Under the pieces are notes generated by a model, which worked only from the letters and a program-made list of their open reading frames with translations, was not told the DNA's origin and ran no database searches. Shown here piece by piece: positions 1 through 12,859 of a stretch of 64,000 nucleotides of DNA. Each line of letters starts with the position of its first letter. Position 1 is the first letter of the stretch. Made by a program: the position numbers and the translations under genes. The DNA is taken from the NCBI GenBank assembly GCA_013265495.1, contig MU058252.1:1956244-2020243 (forward strand), written 5' to 3'. The DNA is from Vicugna vicugna (Eukaryota).

Positions 1-407
1 TTTAAAGATCCCTGAGAAAAAATTCTAAGAATCTCCCACAAAACTCCAGGTTTATGGTTTCTGTGTCGCACCGGGAAGAATTACAAGGCAAGTGAAGTAT
101 CTCCTTCAGGGGTCTCTCAGTTTATGTCATGGTCCGCCCACCACTTTAAAAAAATATTTTTTTTGCTCATACGTAGTAGAAGGGAAGTAATACAGGTGAT
201 GACGTGCTTAAAAAAGGAGAAGCCCTGCCTCTCACCTCCTAATGTAATACACACTTTTGAACAAAGCATAATTTTTTTCTTAAGTCTTGATTTATAAAAT
301 GACTGTAACAAAGGCATCACTTAAATTGGACATAAAAAAGCTAGGTCTATTTTTTTTAAGATAATTGATTGAAATGTCTTCAGGAAAAACTATGGTGAGC
401 TTATTAA

Positions 408-850
408 AGCCATAAAAAAGAATAAAATAATGCCATTTGCAGCAACATGGATGGAACTAGAGATCATCATACTAAGTGAACTAAGCCAGAAACAGAAAGA
501 AAAATGCTATATGAAATCACTTACTTATGGAATCTAAAAAAAAAAGACACAAATGAACTTATTTACAAAACAGAGATAGACTCACAGACATAGAAGACAA
601 ACTTATGGTTGCTGGGGGGAAGGGGGTAGGGAGGGTTAAATTGGCTAAATTCATAGACACTAACTATTATATATAAAATAGATAAACAACAAGGTCCTAC
701 TGTACAGCACAGGGAACTCTATTCAATACCTTGTAATGGCCTATAGTGCAAAAGAATATGAAAAAGAATGTATGCATGTGTGACTTAATCACCACGTTGC
801 ATGCCAGAAACTAGCACAACGGTGTAAATCACTAGACTTCAATTTTAAGG
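408..850 (+). mobile_element. L1 3' end (5'-truncated)
   Basis: aataatgccatttgcagcaacatggatggaactagag... typical L1 ORF2 end and 3' UTR. Confidence 0.9.
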
Positions 851-2849
851 AAAAGACTTCTTGTTAAAAATGAGTAAGTAAGGAAGGAAATATGCCCAGA
901 ACGACCTAGTCCCTCCCAAGGACCACAGCTCAGGCCACCCCCTCCAGTTTGGACCTGTACAGGACTGAGTCTTCGTCCCACACAATTAAGCACTTAATGA
1001 AATACTTTTTTCACACTTTTCAGACAGTTTCCTGTGTGCGGGTTACGTGGGATGTCACTGGCCTGTGCTTTTGGAATCACGGTACCTCAAGGCTCTCAGG
1101 ACGTGTTGCAGCGGGTACGCGGTTGCCAGGTCCTTGAAACGACACCTAAATAGCAAGACTGGGGCCCCAGTCAGGGTCACCTCAGGGTTCCAACCATCGA
1201 GCTGTCCCTCCCAGCAGCAAGGCCGGGAAAAGCCTCCAGGAGGGTCTCAGGCTCGATTAGTTCTTGAAATGTGTGTAGGGCTCAGAAGTGCGGAGTTCTT
1301 AGTGATCAGAGCAGCTTCAGCAAAGGGCCAGGAGCTGGCCGTCCCCCCGCAGACTGACTTCCTGTAACACTTTGGACTGCGAGAGAGAGAACAACTGGAT
1401 CCGCCCACTGAGAAAAGCAAAATGAAGGCACAACAGCCCGTCTGGGCGACGTGATATCTCAGGGACACGTCACCACTGTAATGGCCTGGAAGGGCTGATG
1501 CTGGCAATTCAGGCTTGCTGTTGGCAGTCCTGAATCTGGGGTCAGACTTTATGATCAGGGTTGTTGTCGGCGAAGGTGTAGGAAGAATGAAAAGTCCACG
1601 GTCTCATGACCTCTTCTGCTGTCTTGAATTTAAATCTCCTCATCTTGAGTCAGGAAGATTTGTTTCCGAAGCGGAATGAAAAAGACACTGGATTGCTGAG
1701 CCAAGAGCAAATTGTGTTCCTGGCTCTGACTGGCAAGGCAAACCCTCGCTGTCTGTCTCCTTTCCTCCCAAGTGGGGAGAAAGCCTCCCCTTGACACCGT
1801 ACAGAGTGGATATGAGGACAGAATGAGATAATAGATGCAAAAAAGCACCTTGAGGGAAATTACAAGGGCCCCAGGTATGAGGTTGTTACAACGCTCTTTT
1901 TGCTGTGGAAACTGGGCCTTTCCCAGAGTGAAAATTGTGGATGTTCAATCTCATGGGGGATTCAGACTTCACTGGAAAGCATACCATGACGTTGCATTCT
2001 GGAAACTTCCCTGGAAAATCTGCCAAAGGATCAGTGACTATGCCCGGAGGCTATTGGGCAGGACCTGGGCTCCCTGGGGCGACGGTGACATTTCCCTGAG
2101 ATACCGCATCACCCAGAGTGTCTGCACTTTGCTTTTCTCACTGGGCAGATGTAATTTTTCTCTCTGTTGCAGTCAAGGTGTTAAAGCAAATCAGGTGGAC
2201 TCTGTAAGCCAGAAAAACTCAAATATAACATCAAGTCAAGTCCCATAAGCCAACCGGTTTTCTTCAGTTCAAGATGGAGTTAAGCCAATGCAGAGTCTCA
2301 AGAAGGTGACAGATCCCAGGAGGAGTTAGCTGGGGGGCTCGGTGTCTCCCAGAAACCTCTCTGACACTGAATCACACTGTCCTTCCTGGCAGCCATAGGT
2401 GAGGGGGACATGAGACTGCCAAGCGAATAGCTAGTTAATAGATTTGCCCAATGGGTGTAATTATATTTGTCACAAAGTGTTGGCCTTTATCTGAAGAGAC
2501 GTGTAAGAAGATGATTTTGTGCTTTTATGCGTATGGAGCTGAGAAAACAGCCCACGTTTTCTATCCCTCTGACTCAGCACTTACTTCACCCCGCAGGGCC
2601 GACCTCAGGGTCCCGGGCCGCCTTTGCGCACGTCAGTTTCCCTCTCTGTGTGGAGAAGGTCACCGGCCAGTCTGGGGCATTCTTCTGTGGAAAGGCTCTG
2701 TCAGTGACGCTCTCCTCCCTCCCTCTTCTGCAGTGAAAACAACTGCTTTTGTCTCCACATATCACACCCCCGGGAGAGTGGAATCATGCCTGAAGCTCCC
2801 CTTTGCTCTTTTGAACTCCAGCAAGGCCTCTGGCACCCCCCCCCACCCC

Positions 2850-3950
2850 CGGGTCTCCCGGGCCTCAGAGCAAGAGGAAAGCCGCGGCAGGGCCACGGCA
2901 TCCACAGGGGTCGGCCGCCTCGTCTCCGGGCGGAACGTTCCCAGCCCCACCTTAACGTTTTTGTTCATCTACGAGAGTGTGCACGTGTTGGTGGGAGGGG
3001 GGTTTAGCAGAGCTCTCAAGGACGCTGTGCGTTTTTTCCTTGGGTAACGTTTACTGCTAATATGGAAAAGCGAGCTCGATTTTAAAGGAGGAAGAAAGCT
3101 AGTGTTGAGTGCCCAGCCTCGTCCCCCGGGGCGCACTGTGCGCGGGGAGCTGGGCAGCCCCGAGCAGATGCACCCCTGCTGCGCTGTCCCCGCGGTCGCC
3201 GCCCTGACGCGCGTCCCCGCGCCACCCCGGACGGGGCCTTATTTCATCTTCCCTCCGCATCATTCACCTGTTCCAGATCCTTGTGGAACCCGGGGACCCT
3301 GCCCGCACCTCTCCGGGTGGGTGTAGACGCAGCCCCCTCGGCCCACCGCGCAGGGTTTCCAGGGATTCTTGGGGACCGCGTGACCTCCGCGCACCGGCTT
3401 CATCGGGCGCCCGCGCCGGCGAGGCTCAGGGCACCAGCGGCTTCCCGTGGGCGGTACCACCCGCTGATAAGCTCAGACACAGCCTGCACCGCCAGCTTGT
3501 TATCTGCTGTCAGAGTGTCCCACGTCCCCTCCTCCTCCGTGGTCACAGCTCCCTGGGAGTGGTGGCCGCATCGTCCCCCTGCTTGACCTGGGGCTGCCGT
3601 CACCCGGCCTCTGACTTATGCCCGCGCCTGACCGAGGTCCCCCGGGGCCCTACTTGGCTCACTTTTCAGGCTGCCGTCCCTCGGACACCCGGGGCCTCCA
3701 AAGGTGGGAGGAAAAGAAGCAGAAGGAAGCCAGAAGCTGGAAAGGAGGCGGGTCTCACACTCTGCAAAGGCAGGGAAACAAATGGACTCTCCCTGGGAGG
3801 GCGCGGGGACCCCGGCCCTTCCTCAGTTTATCTTAGGTTTCACTGCAGGGGGAAGGGGGTCAATGAATATTTGTGGAAAGAAGAAAGGCCAGCAAGCAGG
3901 CAGCGGGCCCATGTCCAAACAAGAAACACTATCGACACCTACTAAGAACC
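2850..3950. promoter_or_regulatory. CpG island
   Basis: High GC and CpG density over ~1.1 kb of non-repeat sequence. Confidence 0.7.
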
Positions 3951-6139
3951 TAGCCAGGCGCCCAGAATCCTGCAGGCTATAAAGCCCTTCGGGGTTTACA
4001 GTTGTCCCCAGCCTGCAAATCCAGTGTCTTCAACACAACAGGAAACCCACCCGGAATATCATGGAAGCACAGGCTAAATTACGCCTCACAGGAATTCACA
4101 AAAGAGCGCAGCCTGTGTGACAAGGAGCAGGGGAAACACTGTGAGAAAGGAGAGGTTTCGGGTGGAACACTGAGGGACCATCAAAGCTGGATTGATGGAC
4201 AAACTCTGCTGGGAGCCAGAAGTAGGAGCAGGATGGGGGGGAAGAAGGAGGCGTCTTTCTCTCTCTCTCTCCTCTATCCTGTGTCAGCTCTGCGAGTTTC
4301 TGTTCACAGTGCAAGTTTGGAGCCCTGAGAAGTCCTCCCACTGATGAAGTTTAATTCTATCAGAGTCTTCTTATCACTGCCAAGTGGGAAGCTTTCAGCA
4401 ACAAAAATTAAACCAAAATCTGATTTTCCTGCGAGCTCTCCCTTTGCCAGAATTCATGAAGAAGGGCAGGTAAAACTGAGGATTCGATGCAGGGTCAGCT
4501 GGGGTTTGTGAACACATCCCTGCGTGTGTTTCCCCATCCTCCAGGTCAGTCCGCCATAGAAAATAAGTCTAGCTGTCATTTTTAAGACACTTTGTTTCTT
4601 TCCGGATATTTTCAAAGACTTATTTCCTTTGTCCCTAACAACTCAGTTGTTAATCATAATAGCACATCTACTAAGCTGCGTGATATCCAACAGGTGTTTT
4701 ACAAGTATGCGTTGACTAGACTGGCCCCACTACTGAGACAGGAAAGCCTCCACTGCAGGGCGTTTTCATGTGAATGTACAACATTTTGGATCTTTGGCCT
4801 CGTCACCTTAGTAATGGAACGTGCTTTGTCTTCTTTCACTTCGGCAATGATTGGAATTAAATGTCCTCTCCATCCTTCCTTTATCCCCCAAAACCCTAAG
4901 TATTAAATGAGATTAATATATATTAATGTAATATATGGTAGACACTTAATGTGTATTTAATGTGAGTCATGAATAAAAAATACTTGGTCCAGGCCAGTGG
5001 CATCAGAACTGTAATTGTCTTCCTCCAGCGGAGACCCATCCTTCCCGTCTCCGGTGTGGGGGGTGGAAGGAATTTCTGAGACCGCGTGTGAAGTGGGTGG
5101 AGGGTAGGTGGGACCTGCTTCTGATGACAACAGGGTTGGGGGGCTCGCTTGGCTCTTCCTGTAAAGTCTACCACGGGTCACATTTGAAACGGAGGCGCTG
5201 CATCAGAGGTGCCCTGGACTGGCATCAGCAGTGGACCGTTGTCCGAAGCAGGAGGAGCCAAGTGTGTTCAGAGAGCTTCAGCGCAGACCTGAGGGAGTCA
5301 GAGGCTGCACTGCTGAGAACGGGGCTGCGTCCCTAGAAAAAAGGAGGGGGTTTATTTTCCCTTATGGGCCTAGAGATGAAGAAGGTTTAAATTGTGAATG
5401 GTTTGCCCGAAAGAGCCTTTTGGACACTCATGGCATGGGACGGCCCTCTCCGTGGGGTAACGGTCGGCCCACAGCTGATGACGTTGCTCCCGGTCTTTCT
5501 CCATCACTCTGGAACCTGAGGGAGAGTGGTGGGCGCTCCCCTGGCTCTGCTCCACGTGCCTGGGATCGCAGGAGGTAGTGGCGGCGGTACTGGAGGGGGA
5601 TACACGTCCGGGAAGAAGACCCCTTCGCAGCAGGCATCTCGTCTCCCCCCCGGCAGTCATCGCGCCCAGGAACTCGGCTGCAGATGGCTCAGAACGGGGG
5701 GCGTGCGGCAGGGCGAGCCCTACTTCCTGCTGGCCTGGGTTGTTTGTAAGCACCCTTTGCTTTTCTTATTCTCTGATCTTCCCAAGCCAATCTGCATTTG
5801 GGGGTGGACAGAATCAGGCATCCTAGACTCCTCCAGAGACCAGATTCTCAAAGCAGGAGGGTTATTCCAGGCCTTCTGGGGAGGCTTTGAAAAACTGAAT
5901 TCTGACGAGCCTGCTGTGTATGTATTTTCAACCACACCCTACCCATGTTGGACAACTCTGAGCTGAGTTAAGGCAAAAAAAAAAAGTTTGAATACATTTT
6001 CAGGATTCAAATGAACAGCCCAGATAATTCACTCTTTCATCTGTCTTACAGAAGTGGAATCTGAATATCAAAACCAATTGCTTACTCCAGCTTTTGTACC
6101 AGAATTCAGAAAATTCTTTTGACTTTCTGTCCATGGTTC

Positions 6140-6712
6140 TGTCTACATCATCTTGGCTGAACCTGATATCAGCCTCCCTCCTGATAAGAGTGATGAATTA
6201 CGGTGATGAGGACAGTCTTCCTGTCCCCTCAGCCTGACTAAACTCTCCTGGGCTCTTCCCAACTCCTGGCCCCTGCCCTCCCTTTCCTGAGGGCATTTTC
6301 TCTAGAAAATTTGTAAGTTCCTTTTGTCTCTTTGAGATGTCAATCCTTTTAGGGGCCTCCTGCCAGTTTCATAACCCAGGGCAGTCTTTCTCCAGCCCTC
6401 CCTTAAAGTGCAATTGTCAAGGGAGATTTCTGGTCCCCGGGGGCAGGAGCCTAACTTTGGTGGATATCTTGCTCCAAGCTTTAAAGCTACCTCCAGGTAC
6501 AAAGACAGAAGAAAGCATGTATTTCCTCTGGGAAAAGCCAATCTGCAGACGCAGATGTCCTGTGTTCCCTTCCCCCAGACCAGCTCCTAAAAACTCTCCC
6601 ACCCTTGGTCAGCAGAGCTGAGTTCATGCCGTTCTGGTCTCCCCATCCTGTGGCAGTAGCCTTGAATAAAGTCTTCCTTGCCTGATGGACTGTGGGCAGT
6701 TTTGCTTTGACA
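6140..6712 (+). mobile_element. Solo LTR (ERV1-like)
   Basis: AATAAA followed by gtcttccttgcc...tttgaca LTR-type end; start approximate. Confidence 0.6.
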
Positions 6713-7069
6713 ATGGTGTAATCAAAAGAAACTAATGTAACACTGTAGGTCAACTACACTTCAATTAAAAATGACAACAGCTGTAACACTGGAGGCTTGT
6801 CTCTGTGTTTTCTCCAGATCCCAGTGCCCCATATGTTCCCAGATGAACGAAGTGGCCTAGGATTCTGGAAGCTTTTGAGCACAGCACCCTATATTTTTTA
6901 TGGGGCTTCTCATTGTAAACCACAGTGTTGTGGCAGTTTCTGAGTTGTCTTCAATATTTCAACAAATGCCAGACTTCATGGTGCTTGTATCTTGCAGCTG
7001 CCTAAGCCGAAGGGAAGTTTTAAGGCTAAGAAACTACATAATAAATACAATTGTAAGAAGGAATGAAAA

Positions 7070-7440
7070 CAAGAATGACAGCTCTGGATTGCCTGCAGCT
7101 CCCAACACTTTCATGCCCCTTTTGGGGAAGCTGACCCTTGGACTGGGTGCAGATAAACGATCCCCAAGAACTGGATGAACGTTTCCTCTCCCCGACCCCT
7201 GCACAGGTTTCCTGAGACGCAGGTTTCCTTCAGCAACAGGATGGAGGAAGGACTTGGTGGGTAACACCCACCTCCCGCAGCTTCTCCTCCAGCTGGTGTC
7301 CTGCTGACATCACGCAAGCTTGCTTGGCTGTTTCACTCCACCCTCTCATGCTTCCCTCGCTCCCTTTTCCCAAAAGGATGCCTTGAATAAATCACACGGA
7401 GAAGAACCCTTGTCTCCAGCCTTGCTCTAGGGAGCCCTTT
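7070..7440 (+). mobile_element. LTR fragment
   Basis: aataaatcac...ccttgtctc...ctagggagccc LTR-like 3' end. Confidence 0.45.
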
Positions 7441-8564
7441 AGAAAAATTCAACTTGGCCTCGATCCTAGAGAATGAACAGACTCACTAAGGGAAAAAACA
7501 AAACAAAAAATGATGGTCATATTCACTGCAGGAGGGAGGACTTGAGGTGGGGAGAAATGGGCTCAGTAGGTGGGAATCTCAATCAAAATTGCATTTATTC
7601 CTGTTATTTCCTCCCGCTAGAATGTTCACTTGCCCCTGTAAGCTTGTTTCCACATTAGAGTCCAGGAGATGAAGGCATAGAGCTCAATGTGAAAACCCTT
7701 TAAAAAGGTATGAACTCTCACAACGAGCAAATGATAGATCTCTGGTTACTTGTGGATTAATTGGAAACAGCAATAAAAACATTTTTATTTTTATAAAAGT
7801 GTAATTTTTTATAAAAACTACGTTATCATATGGCAAGGACACCAGTGTATTATCTAGGTAACACCTTCTGGTCTGCTTTTGCTTTGAATGAGCCATTTTG
7901 TAAAAGCTGCTTAAAATTAAAGAAATTTAGCCAGGGGAGTCTACATTTTCAATCATAGTGACACTTGTCTTCAAGTTTTTTGCTATTTTCCCTCCTTAAT
8001 GTAGTTCACCCAACCTCACGTTTCTGGATCTATCAGAGTCCTATCTCAGCCCTGACGCAAACTCTCCAGTGGGGTCTGGATAACGTACTGCCATTTAACC
8101 TCTGGAAAATGACTCGATCTCAGACACTAGGACATGGAGTTCAAGGGTGTGTATTTATCCTTTTGCTTCATCTGAAATGCCTGGTTCTGTTCCACAGGAC
8201 AAATGCCATTCTTATTAAAACAAACAGAAGGAAGAAGAGTGCTTCATTTTAAGAGAGTTTTATAAGGGGACCTTCTTCAAAATATATGACTTTAAAACAG
8301 AAAGATTCAAGTCCTGAAATAGATCTAACGTGTCGGGTTTAATCCCCCACTGTTTTTGGGATCAAAAGCAGTGAACTATCATCATACAAACAAATGAGGT
8401 GGTGCACATTTGCTGCTTCTAAAAGGAACACATTCTTTTGGTGGAGAATTCTTCAAATACACAAAATATGTAAGAGAAAAGAAAAGGTAGGTATCACCTA
8501 CAATTCTTTCCCCAGGAAATAACCACTCGGTATGTGGTTGATTTTCTTACAATCTTTGTTTCCC

Positions 8565-8725
8565 TACATAGCATCTGTACAGCATAGGGAGCCATATTAA
8601 ATATCTTGTAATAACCTTTAATGAAAAAGAGTATGACAATGAATATATGCATGTATATGCATGAGTGGGATGTGACATTGTATACCAGAAATCGACACAT
8701 TGTAACTGACTGTACTTCAATAACA
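8565..8725 (+). mobile_element. L1 extreme 3' fragment
   Basis: Matches the 3' ends of the other L1 copies (gtaactgactgtacttcaat). Confidence 0.85.
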
Positions 8726-8777
8726 AACACGTTCTAACAGTGAAAAAAAAAGAATTGCAATTAAAAAGTGTATATAA

Positions 8778-8892
8778 GGGGGAAGGATATAGCTCAGTGG
8801 TAGAGCACATGCTTAGCATACACAGGGTCCTGGGTTCAATCCCCGGTACCTCCATTAATGACCTCCCCCCAAAAATTAAAAAATAAGTAAAC
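8778..8892 (+). mobile_element. tRNA-derived SINE (camelid type)
   Basis: A-box tagctcagtgg, B-box ggttcaatccc, A-rich tail, 13-bp TSD AAAAGTGTATATA. Confidence 0.9.
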
Positions 8893-8994
8893 AAAAGTGT
8901 ATATAGCTTTACATTAATTTTTAACATGTTATTGTTTAATCAACATTTTAAAAAAGTTTATTTCCTTTCATCCCATAGTGCCACCTTTAAGAGT

Positions 8995-10105
8995 CTTTCC
9001 TTCGAGTTTACTGAGATGCAATTGACCTGTGTAACTTGAGGGTGGGCAGCATAATGACTTGACTTACATACATCAGAAATGATTCCCATGATACATTTAG
9101 TGATGTGAACGAAAAACACTGCAAACCATATCAATAAACAAATGTTGAAGCCATCAAGTCATCAGCAGCTGCCGCCACCCCCCAGTGGAGACAAGCCTGC
9201 TGCCCGGCCTCTGCAGCCACTCACAGCGGTGCCCTCTGAGGGGACTCAGAAACAGAAAGGACAGAACACTGGCCCTAGACAGCGAGGTGCTTGTCAAAGG
9301 AATGAATTCACTGAGCCCAAATATTTGCTTCCTCCCATACATAGAGAAGCACTAAATCCTTTAGCTAGAGATGCCTGGTTTTCTTTAGATAACAAGTAAT
9401 CTTCTGTTGTTCCAACGACCTGGCCTTTGTTGTAAAGCTCCTGTATGTCCTAGCTCCTCCCCTGCCTCTTCAGAGCCGTCCCTCTGAGCCATCTGAGAGG
9501 CTGTCAGCACGGCTCAAGTCCTCCTGGCAAATAAACCAGAACTCTCAACTTCTAGGCTGAGCATTTGTTTCAGTTGGCAGTGAACATTCATCATCTCATG
9601 TAGATAAAACAGAAAAGAAAAACACTTTTTCTTGCGATGAGCACTCTCAGATTTGCTCGGTTAACGCATTTCACACGAAACAAACGGCGGTGTTGGTGCT
9701 GCGTGTCATGCTGCACATTAAGTACCTGGTACTTCCCTTCTAATGGGAGTCTGCACCTGTTGACCATCTTCATCCAGTTCCTCCTCCCTGTACCCTGCCT
9801 CCGGTAACCACAAACCTGATCTCTTTCTCCATGAGTTTGCGTGTTTGTCTTTGAAGTCTAATGCACCTGCAACAGCATGTTAGTTCCTGGTGCACACATA
9901 GTGATTCGCTGTTTCTAAACAATTCAAAATGATCACTGTGATAAATCTAGTATCTGTCTCCACATAAACATATCACATTATCACTGAGTATGTTCCCCAC
10001 ACTGTACCTTTCATACCTGTGACCCATTTATTTGTACCTCTGCACCTCCCTCACCTATTTCTCTTACCCCGGCACCCATCCTCCACGCCTGGCAACCACC
10101 ACCTC
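8995..10105 (-). mobile_element. Older L1 3' region interrupted by an LTR
   Basis: L1MA-like antisense sequence resumes across the LTR insertion. Confidence 0.75.
9104..9579 (+). mobile_element. Solo ERV1-type LTR
   Basis: TG...CA termini, AATAAA, 4-bp TSD GTGA. Confidence 0.85.
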
Positions 10106-10129
10106 TGTCTGTCCTGACCCTAGGGGATG

Positions 10130-10807
10130 CTGTGTTCTGGGAACCACGTCCACAGCCCTTTTGGTATCGGGGCCCTGACTGTTACTCTTGAGACAGGCTG
10201 GAAGGGGGCAGGGCACAGCCATGCAAGGAAGGCCACAGCAATCAACATCAAAATGGTGAAAGGTTCAACCCCCAGGAGGCCTTGAGGCTCAGGATGATGA
10301 GAGATTTAACTTCTAGTAGATCTTGAGCTTCATTATACGCTCATTGTAATGTGTTAACATGGTGAGTAACACGCCGCGGGCACCATGGCAGTCCCGAGGC
10401 TGGCCACAGAAGGTCAAAGGGTGGGAAATGGCCAACTTCCTGAGAATCCCAGCCCCTTCCCCAGGCTGCTTAGACTGGTCCTTCCACTTATTGGTTTATG
10501 AAGCCGCCAAGCCCATAAAAACCAGCAACAGCAGCCTCCCCCTCTCCCTTTTTGGAGATGGCCCGCACCCTGTCTGTGGAGTGTGTACCTGCTTTTAATC
10601 TGAGCACCCAACCGCCACACCTTGTGGCCTTTCTCTTGCCTTCCATTGTGTCTCTCTGAATAAATCTACCTGTACTCAACTGTGGCTCGCTCTTGAATTC
10701 TTTCCTGCGCAAAGACAAGGACCCACACTTGGCGGGGCATGTCCCAGGGGCTCAGCCGAAGCCTGGGACACGGCCCTCCTCACGCCCACGTCTGTTTTCC
10801 TGCATCA
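10130..10807 (+). mobile_element. Solo ERV LTR
   Basis: cataaaa TATA-like motif, aataaa, gaattctttcctgcgc U5-like sequence, ends in CA; start approximate. Confidence 0.7.
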
Positions 10808-10809
10808 CT

Positions 10810-12342
10810 CGGACCTTGCTACTCATTAGATCATTGTCCCACTTTGCTCCTGATGGCTAAGCACGGTCACCCTGTTCCTATTATTTAGGAATCCTATCAT
10901 TAAAAATCCCACTAGTGGTGAGTCTAGTTCTATCAAAGCATCTCCCGCCAGCAGCTGCGGCTGTCAGGGGACGACCACCACGGGGCGTCTCGGCAGTGCT
11001 GGTGTCACCACTGCGCGCCTCACCACTTGGCCCTTCGTGGCACATATCCGCTCTAAAACAGCAGCTCCTCTGAGTCTCTGATCCTTTCTCCCATCCTCTG
11101 CCGGGGAAGTCCTGGCACTGGTACTTCGTGTGGGCCACCACTTTATCAAGCTTCCAAGAGCTCTTATTAATACATTAGCACCCACTCTTTGAGGTGCTAC
11201 CAGGATGCTAAACGGTGCATCATGGTAGAATCCTGCCTCGTAAATAAACCCCCACCGTCTAGGACTACGTTCTGGGCTTTGAGTCGGCACTCTCAGGATC
11301 CCGCTGGCACCTGCCAGCACCTGCTGACTGATCTCTACAGCTCATTCAGAATATAGTGCCTTTTTCCCTATGCAGATCCAGAACTTCTCACAGGAGGGTA
11401 CAGCTCAGTGGTAAAGCACATGCGCAGCATGCAAGAGGTCCTGGGTTCAATCCCCGGTACCTCCATTAAAATAAACGTAAATAAATAGACCTAATTACCT
11501 TCCCCCACAAAACAAAAACAAAGAGTAAAATAAATAAAATTAAAAAAAAAATCCAAAACTTCTCCATCCGGGTGATGTTTTGATCTATGCCTCGTTGTTG
11601 GTCTAGGGGCCAGGAGGTGAAGTGTGCGTCAACCCAGGAGTGGAGGCGGAGTGGTGGACGGGACACAGAGAGCTCATGCATTTTCACAAGGCAAATCCTT
11701 TAAGCAAATAAAGAACATTAGTCTTAACTGGGAGGATTTGACTCCATCTACAGACCCAGAGGGTGTAGAATTCAAGCGTCTCCGTTGAACTCCCTCAGAT
11801 TTCCCTATCCCAAGTCTCAGGGCCCCACACGTCTCAATCGTGGCCTTGACCTTGGCCATGCATTCCTGCTGGAGCTGAGAATTCACCTTCTCTGGAGCTC
11901 CACTTATAACTAAGTTCTGGGCCTGATACACAGATTCATTTTCTATCCTTTGGCTGCAGAAGATGAGAGCCTTTTACTACCAAAGAAGCCCTCTTGTTTT
12001 CACACTGAGCCTCCAATGGATGATTAATAACCCTCAGCCGTTTATTGCTTTTCTCCCGTGCGTCCATCATCTGATTTGATGGTCCCTGTAACCGCTCTCC
12101 TTCCCCATCCTCTCCCACAACTGAGAAGCTGCACACAGCACCAGCCAGTGCTCTTCCTTCCTCTGGTGTCTCACCCCGTTTCATCAGCCATCAAAGTCCT
12201 AGCCATTGCGTGGCTGCTGCAGAGCACGGCTCCCCGTCCTTCACCCAGCATCAGTGCGATGCTTCTGGCCAGCCCGCCAGCAGGTGAGCAGCTCCCAAGC
12301 TTCATTTTAGAGTCTGCTTCCTCAGACCACTCCTGGCATTAA
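10810..12342 (-). mobile_element. MaLR/ERVL internal region (degraded)
   Basis: ccactcctgg junction motif next to the LTR is typical of an MLT-int start. Confidence 0.6.
11392..11550 (+). mobile_element. tRNA-derived SINE (camelid type)
   Basis: A/B boxes, poly-A tail, ~14-bp TSD atcca[g/a]aacttctc. Confidence 0.9.
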
Positions 12343-12675
12343 ATGTCACAGATCGGGTTATCCTGATCTATGAGACAGACTGTGAGACAGAGGTTGCTAT
12401 GAAAGAAATTCATTGGGTTGTGCCCCTGAGATCAGCACTCATGGGGGAGTGGCAGATGTAGGAGTGGCAGAGGCCTCATTGTCCTTGGATGTGGCTTGTC
12501 CCCAGAAAGAGGCGTGACCTCAGGTGAGGAGAAAACCTTCATCTGAGAGACGTTTCCAGAGAGAGAGAGCTGGGTGAGAGCTGTCATCAGCCAATAGCTT
12601 CAGAGTCAGGGTAAGTTAATTCTTCAGTCCCAACGGGGAGAGGACCTGGGGATTACACCTCCGAATCCAGTGTGG
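12343..12675 (-). mobile_element. MLT1-type LTR
   Basis: MaLR LTR-like sequence adjoining the internal region. Confidence 0.6.
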
Positions 12676-12859
12676 AATTTTAGGGGAAAGGCTTTCAAAG
12701 AAGACCAGTGGGTTAAACCAGGTTCTTAACAAGTGGAAGAAGTAAAGGGGCAGAGATTCTAAGGGCTGATTGATTTCAAGTTGGGGAGCACGCTAGGCTC
12801 TGGTTTAAACATTGTGACTCTGACATGGGAGCACGTATGAGATTGGGTAGTGCTTCTGC

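Noticed and set aside
2451..3945. Long ORFs of 198 and 220 aa
   Set aside because: Overlapping ORFs in several frames of a GC-rich island, with no recognisable domain.
8778..8850. tRNA gene calls here and at 11392, 31730, 31910, 33106 and 58010
   Set aside because: They have A/B boxes but also A-rich tails, TSDs in some copies and no good cloverleaf, so they are SINEs.
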